A DNA stretch of 63,945 nt, counting the filler, from Hausera hauseri (Eukaryota): assembly GCA_046269625.1 (NCBI GenBank). It is 11 parts of 11 records of this genome, joined end to end, with 100 filler letters (N's around TTAATTAATTAA, not from the genome) between each part and the next. Parts side by side here need not be neighbours in the genome. Positions count along the whole stretch, not along the records: positions 59,548 to 63,945 come from JBJURY010600777.1; 10 more parts are not named here. One strand, 5' to 3'. The notes beneath the pieces were generated by a model that worked only from the letters and a program-made list of their open reading frames with translations, did not search any database and was not told the DNA's origin. Shown piece after piece: positions 59,693 to 63,945 of this stretch. Positions within the stretch are counted from its first letter, which is position 1, and every line of letters starts with the position of its first letter. Made by a program: the position numbers and the translations under genes.

Positions 59693-62600
59693 TTATTCCA
59701 AACGCCAATGTTCGTACGCCCAACTCTTATTTCGCCCCACCCACTTACCCTTATCATCATTGCATGGTAAAGCCACTTTTGTATCGGTCACCGCATACAG
59801 ATGGTACTCAATCGATCGGATGTATTTGAGACACATTAGCCTTTTATTGTCCCTCTTCTTCCTAGATACGGCGATAATCACCGTGATTTATTTCCGCCTG
59901 GGCCAACTGAACTCCTTTCGCGCGCATTTTCAGTTCACAGTGAGTTAAAAGGCTATAACATTTTGGCCGTGGAAATACCCATTCCCGATACTGAACCCGA
60001 CCGTCACTTTTATCCTTGAAGTAGCCGATTTTGTTGATGATTGCGCTGCTGTACAACGGATAATCCGGTAGATAGTTGGACGTGTCCAGTAATCCATCTG
60101 ACTGCATTTTCTGCAGCAGCTGTTCGCGATTGACTTTCTTCAGCCGCAGGAAAAATCTGACTTTGTCATCGGAAATTATGCTAATGTCACAGCCGTCAAA
60201 CATTTGCCGGTAACGTACCAAATTGCGATGCTGCAACTCATATATCAGAAAATTGCTCAGGTCCAATACCACTTGTCCGATGTAACTTGGCTGGTCCAGA
60301 ATGACTTCTTCTTTGTTTAACAGCACCGCAACCAATCTATTGGCAATGTGCATTGACCTGCGAAACTGCGCCTTACTTGTGTACGTGACCAACCGCTTTT
60401 GGCTTTTTCATATTCTCCACTGTTTTTTTTCCGTACAGGGAATTGTCTTTCAGCTTGTGGTAGTCCTTTTAGAACTTTATACAAGCTGCAGCTCGTTTCT
60501 CCGAATTTCCATTTATGTACGCCTTGAATATGGGAGCCTGAGCAAATTGGATTGCATGATGCAGCTGTGTGACCCGAACACCGAGCTGCATGTAGAACTG
60601 TAGCAGACGCCAATGAATAACGTAATTCAGCTACGGTTCATGCACCATGAGCAGTTTCTTCACTTTTGAGCCTGGTGGTCATTGGCTAATGGTGCGACCG
60701 GTAAATTGTCCAAAATGTTATGCAGCTCATCTGGTACCACGAGATCGACCTCCATTAAGTGTTCGACTGAGCCTGCCATGTCTGCTTGTGGTAAGTTGGC
60801 CATTGTGTCGTCCAGATCTTGTCTGTCGATTACCCATTCGAATAAACCGTACGGCAAGGGTTGCGAAAGCGCCCAGCCATACAGGTTATTAATATCAATA
60901 TACAGCAGTGATGTGGTATCTGCAGCACTGACCTGATGCTTGTTGACAAATGTCATGCCGTTGCGAATACCAACATCAAACAGCCAATACATTTCCGGGT
61001 CTTACTGAAGCTCAGTTTCTTGACCCAGTGACATTAGAGCTGACACCCAACTCATTCCCGGTGTGAAATAAAAGTAGAGTGGCTCCAACCTATTTTTCGT
61101 CAGCGCTTTTGACCAAAATGCTTCGAACACGTCCACTAATAAGTAAACGTCCAGTTTAAGATCCAACATGTTCCTATAACCGAGTTCTGTCCAACACCTC
61201 AGTGCTTTCCGATATTCATCCTCTGCGATACCTGTCCATCGCAGCGGTAATTCCTCTGCTGCTTGCAATATGTGCGGGAAACTGCGTCAGTGCTATCGAC
61301 GCATCTGTCAAAAAATTTACCACTTTTTCAATGAATCAAGAAAGCGTACTTGGAACCGGTTTATACGAGCAGGCAATGTCAGGTATTTCTCCATCGTAGT
61401 CGCAATTCTGGATAGTTCTCAGTGCGGAAATCTGTTTACTGCCCATTTTAAAATATGATGGCAGTCATAACTCCTGAAGTTATGACATACCACAGGTAAG
61501 AATGGCCGCACACGCCTTGCCAAATTGCATGAATTACATGCTGCTCCGAGGTATCGACCAGTAAAATGATCGTGATCCAGTACAAGCCGTTCCAGTGCGT
61601 CAAACAGTAAAATTTTATGGCACATATAACATACATCTGTGACTGCAAACGTCAGGCGTTTAACTTCATCTTACCACACCAAGAGTTTATTGCTATTTCT
61701 ACTGTACCAGGGTGCAATTTCAGTTTCCACTATGGTTTTCAACTGCTGCAAGAAATTGCGTACACAATTCCACTTGTGGCAAACATAATATTGAGGCTGA
61801 CTTGCGGCTTTTATTGGGACAAACAACATACCAACGGCGACTGGAACATGTTTTTGGCCAAATATGTTGTGCCGTGGTAAGATAGCTTCGATATCGGCAT
61901 ATACTACATATGCCGGACTGCTAGTTTTTGACCAATCAGTAAACCTGAGTTCTTGTTTGACAGGCATGACATACATTGTGGTTCCTAACGAATTTTGTCT
62001 GCACAGAGTCACATGTTTCTCCCATGTTTTTTCCGACCTGAATCAATGGAGCCATACAGGACACCATTTACACGGTATCCGTTTTTGGAAGCAATTGTCA
62101 TGCTTCGTGTTCAGTACTCTGTCCAGATTTGTCACTGCAACTAATGGTATTTTTCTTTTTGTTCCAGTAGCAACAAATTTACTGAGCGGCCACGATAGAT
62201 TATATCCACATGAGGATTTTTATAAATTTCTTCATCCGCCGGTATTTCTACGATTGTGTTGTACCGGAACACGTTGATTGCTTTTGTCGGATTACGGCGT
62301 TCAAAAGCTGGAATGTATTTCAGTTTCATAGTTATCCAGCTTTTATCGAAATCCAATTCGGAAAAATATTTCTAATACTGTTTTGGACGAGGTGTCCTAT
62401 GTCTGTCTACTTCGTCATATTTCAATATCGCCAGAATACTGTAAAGAAAACAATATTCATCGTTAGTATTTTTTACATTCACTACCTCCAAAGACTGTTT
62501 CAAAGCGGCAGGTGTCAGTATGAATGATCGACCAGACAAATATATTATTTCATTCGACTTTGTTATGATAAAGCCGAGGGTGACAGTTCGTATAATTCGC

Positions 62601-62860
62601 CATCCACTACTCTTTTACGTGTAGTTGGCGATTTTCTCCTCGAGCTTTTCGCCTACGTCGGCAAATAAATCATTGGCTTGATGTGACAGGTACCATTCTT
62701 TCCTGTCACCTTCAACGATTCCAAATTCCACAAGTGCATAATATTGTACTTTGCAGTGTTGGTGTTGCAATTTCTCCACTTCTGCATCCAACCGGTTGCG
62801 CACATTTTGCGGAACATGTCTCATTTGTGTTGTTGTTGTTGTTTTCGCCGACATGTTCAC
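59693..62860 (-). pseudogene. Polinton/adintovirus pPolB, near full length, with endonuclease-VII-like insert
   Basis: SSGW, NVKN.NDEYCFLYSILA, FERRN...INVF, VYADIEA (ExoI), DHDHFTGRYLGAACNSCNL, HNFRSYD.H (ExoII), GIRNGM, YIDINNLYGWALSQPLP, PSYIGQ.VLDLS, RPKCYS, RAKGV and DDK; decayed. Confidence 0.94.
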
Positions 62861-63363
62861 TTTATTTCCACGTACGATCTGTTCAGATCGTACTTGACAT
62901 TAATGTCGGATTCCTGTTGAATCTGTTCTTCTTGCTGTTGTTGCTCCCGCTGATACTGCTGTTGCTTTTCTTCTTGAAGCTCGGTGCTGGTTCTAATGTA
63001 TTTGTCTAGACTTGTTGATGAGTTACGCTTCCTACTGGTTATTTTTGTTGTTGTTAAAGGGATGCTGCTAATTTTTGTTGATTCCATTAATATTTCTTTT
63101 TTCGACCACCGCTGAAACTGGATTAAGTGGTCCTGGTGCTTATTGTAAAATTGTTCATAGTTGATTTCATCAACTGTATAACAACCGGGACAAATATAGG
63201 CCAGTTTACCGTGTACCGTTGTGGCGCCATATTTTTGCTCAATTACACTGTGGCAACCGTCAACGTTGTGCACTGTACTTGTGCGGCACCGTGGGTACAT
63301 GGGGCAATGCACTAGCATCATCTTCTTCGACCGTGTAAATAATCCAAGATGATGCTTGTGCAT
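62857..63363 (-). CDS. Polinton ORF upstream of pPolB with putative Zn-binding Cys/His motifs and a Gln-rich tract
   Basis: 168 aa open frame; CPMYPRC, CPGC...H..H and EEKQQQYQREQQQQEEQ; its stop overlaps the start of the pol frame. Confidence 0.5.
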   Translation of the reverse strand: MHKHHLGLFTRSKKMMLVHCPMYPRCRTSTVHNVDGCHSVIEQKYGATTVHGKLAYICPGCYTVDEINYEQFYNKHQDHLIQFQRWSKKEILMESTKISSIPLTTTKITSRKRNSSTSLDKYIRTSTELQEEKQQQYQREQQQQEEQIQQESDINVKYDLNRSYVEIK

Positions 63364-63653
63364 CTTATAAAAATCGGGGTACGGATATGGGCTGAAATAT
63401 TACACGTCGGACACAGATATGTGTCCATTCCAACGTTGTAACATTTCGCCATCTGTTGATGTCACTGTACTGCCTTCTCATATATGCAAGAGACGCAGTA
63501 TATAGGTAACATTTTTAAATTTAAACAAATTAAAGTAAACGGTAACTTTAAACTGAAAACATTAAATACAATTATATAGTAAATTGATATACACTAACTT
63601 ATTTCTTTTACGCAGGTATAAACATATCAACCATATTACATATTACAACTTAA

Positions 63654-63887
63654 ATGGAAGGGTACATTGAGAGTGAAATTCGAAAATTGACAGATAAAAT
63701 AATTACTGGACATGTGTTTGACTTTCAGTATCTATTTGAGCTAACAGAAACCGGGATAATGAACAGACAAGAGTATATTGAATTAATAGTCCTATCTCTC
63801 TTCATAAAACGTATCGAGGATGAGTGGGAACGAAAACGGCAGCGTATTAATTTCCTCATTGGAATTGTATTTTCTGCTTCGCTTTGA
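63654..63887 (+). CDS. Small hypothetical ORF (77 aa), probably Polinton subterminal
   Basis: ATG-initiated, helical-looking and divergent from the pol strand; followed by GC-rich sequence at the contig end. Confidence 0.35.
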   Translation: MEGYIESEIRKLTDKIITGHVFDFQYLFELTETGIMNRQEYIELIVLSLFIKRIEDEWERKRQRINFLIGIVFSASL

Positions 63888-63945
63888 GTAGGGAGAAAAA
63901 GGCGAGTCTGGAACAAGGGGGGGGTCCGCCCACGCAACACGTGAT

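Noticed and set aside
56465-63945. Treating the capsid cassette (56465-59447) and pPolB (59693-62860) as one continuous element
   Set aside because: They are separated by an artificial spacer, so linkage is unsupported even though both are on the minus strand.
1-63945. Numerous 60-170 aa ORFs antisense to transposase, pol and capsid genes; also rRNA, tRNA and CRISPR arrays
   Set aside because: The antisense ORFs are shadows of coding strands with no motifs; no RNA gene or repeat-spacer array pattern was seen.

Overview
This is AT-rich animal (invertebrate-like, fast-evolving, flagellar genes present) genomic DNA. It consists of 11 unrelated contigs joined by ten artificial 100-bp spacers (N44-TTAATTAATTAA-N44), so adjacency across a spacer means nothing. 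Most of the window is decayed mobile DNA: two mariners, two Tc1-like elements, a DD41D element, Merlin, a hAT-like (hATm-type) remnant, a BEL/Pao 3' end, three CsRn1-like Ty3/gypsy copies, and Polinton/adintovirus pieces (pPolB x2, integrase, major capsid x2, penton, adenain x2, small core protein). Three things stand out. (1) Two divergent Ty3/gypsy elements have a chuvirus-like (Jingchuvirales-type) fusion glycoprotein directly UPSTREAM of protease-RT-RNaseH-integrase with no gag in between; one also carries a second, FN3-like type I membrane protein fused behind integrase, suggesting a two-glycoprotein retroelement. (2) A stop-free, intronless 2.7-kb ORF fuses fragments of three unrelated host genes (MON1-CNOT10-CFAP46), and further host-gene fragments (TOR HEAT x2, PWWP/PHD of NSD type, KDM5 ARID, CNDP2) lie next to CsRn1-like LTR ends. 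(3) An LTR retroelement 3' end carries a large accessory ORF ending in a C3HC4 RING finger. All homology calls come from motif recognition by eye; no searches were run. No rRNA, tRNA or CRISPR array was seen.
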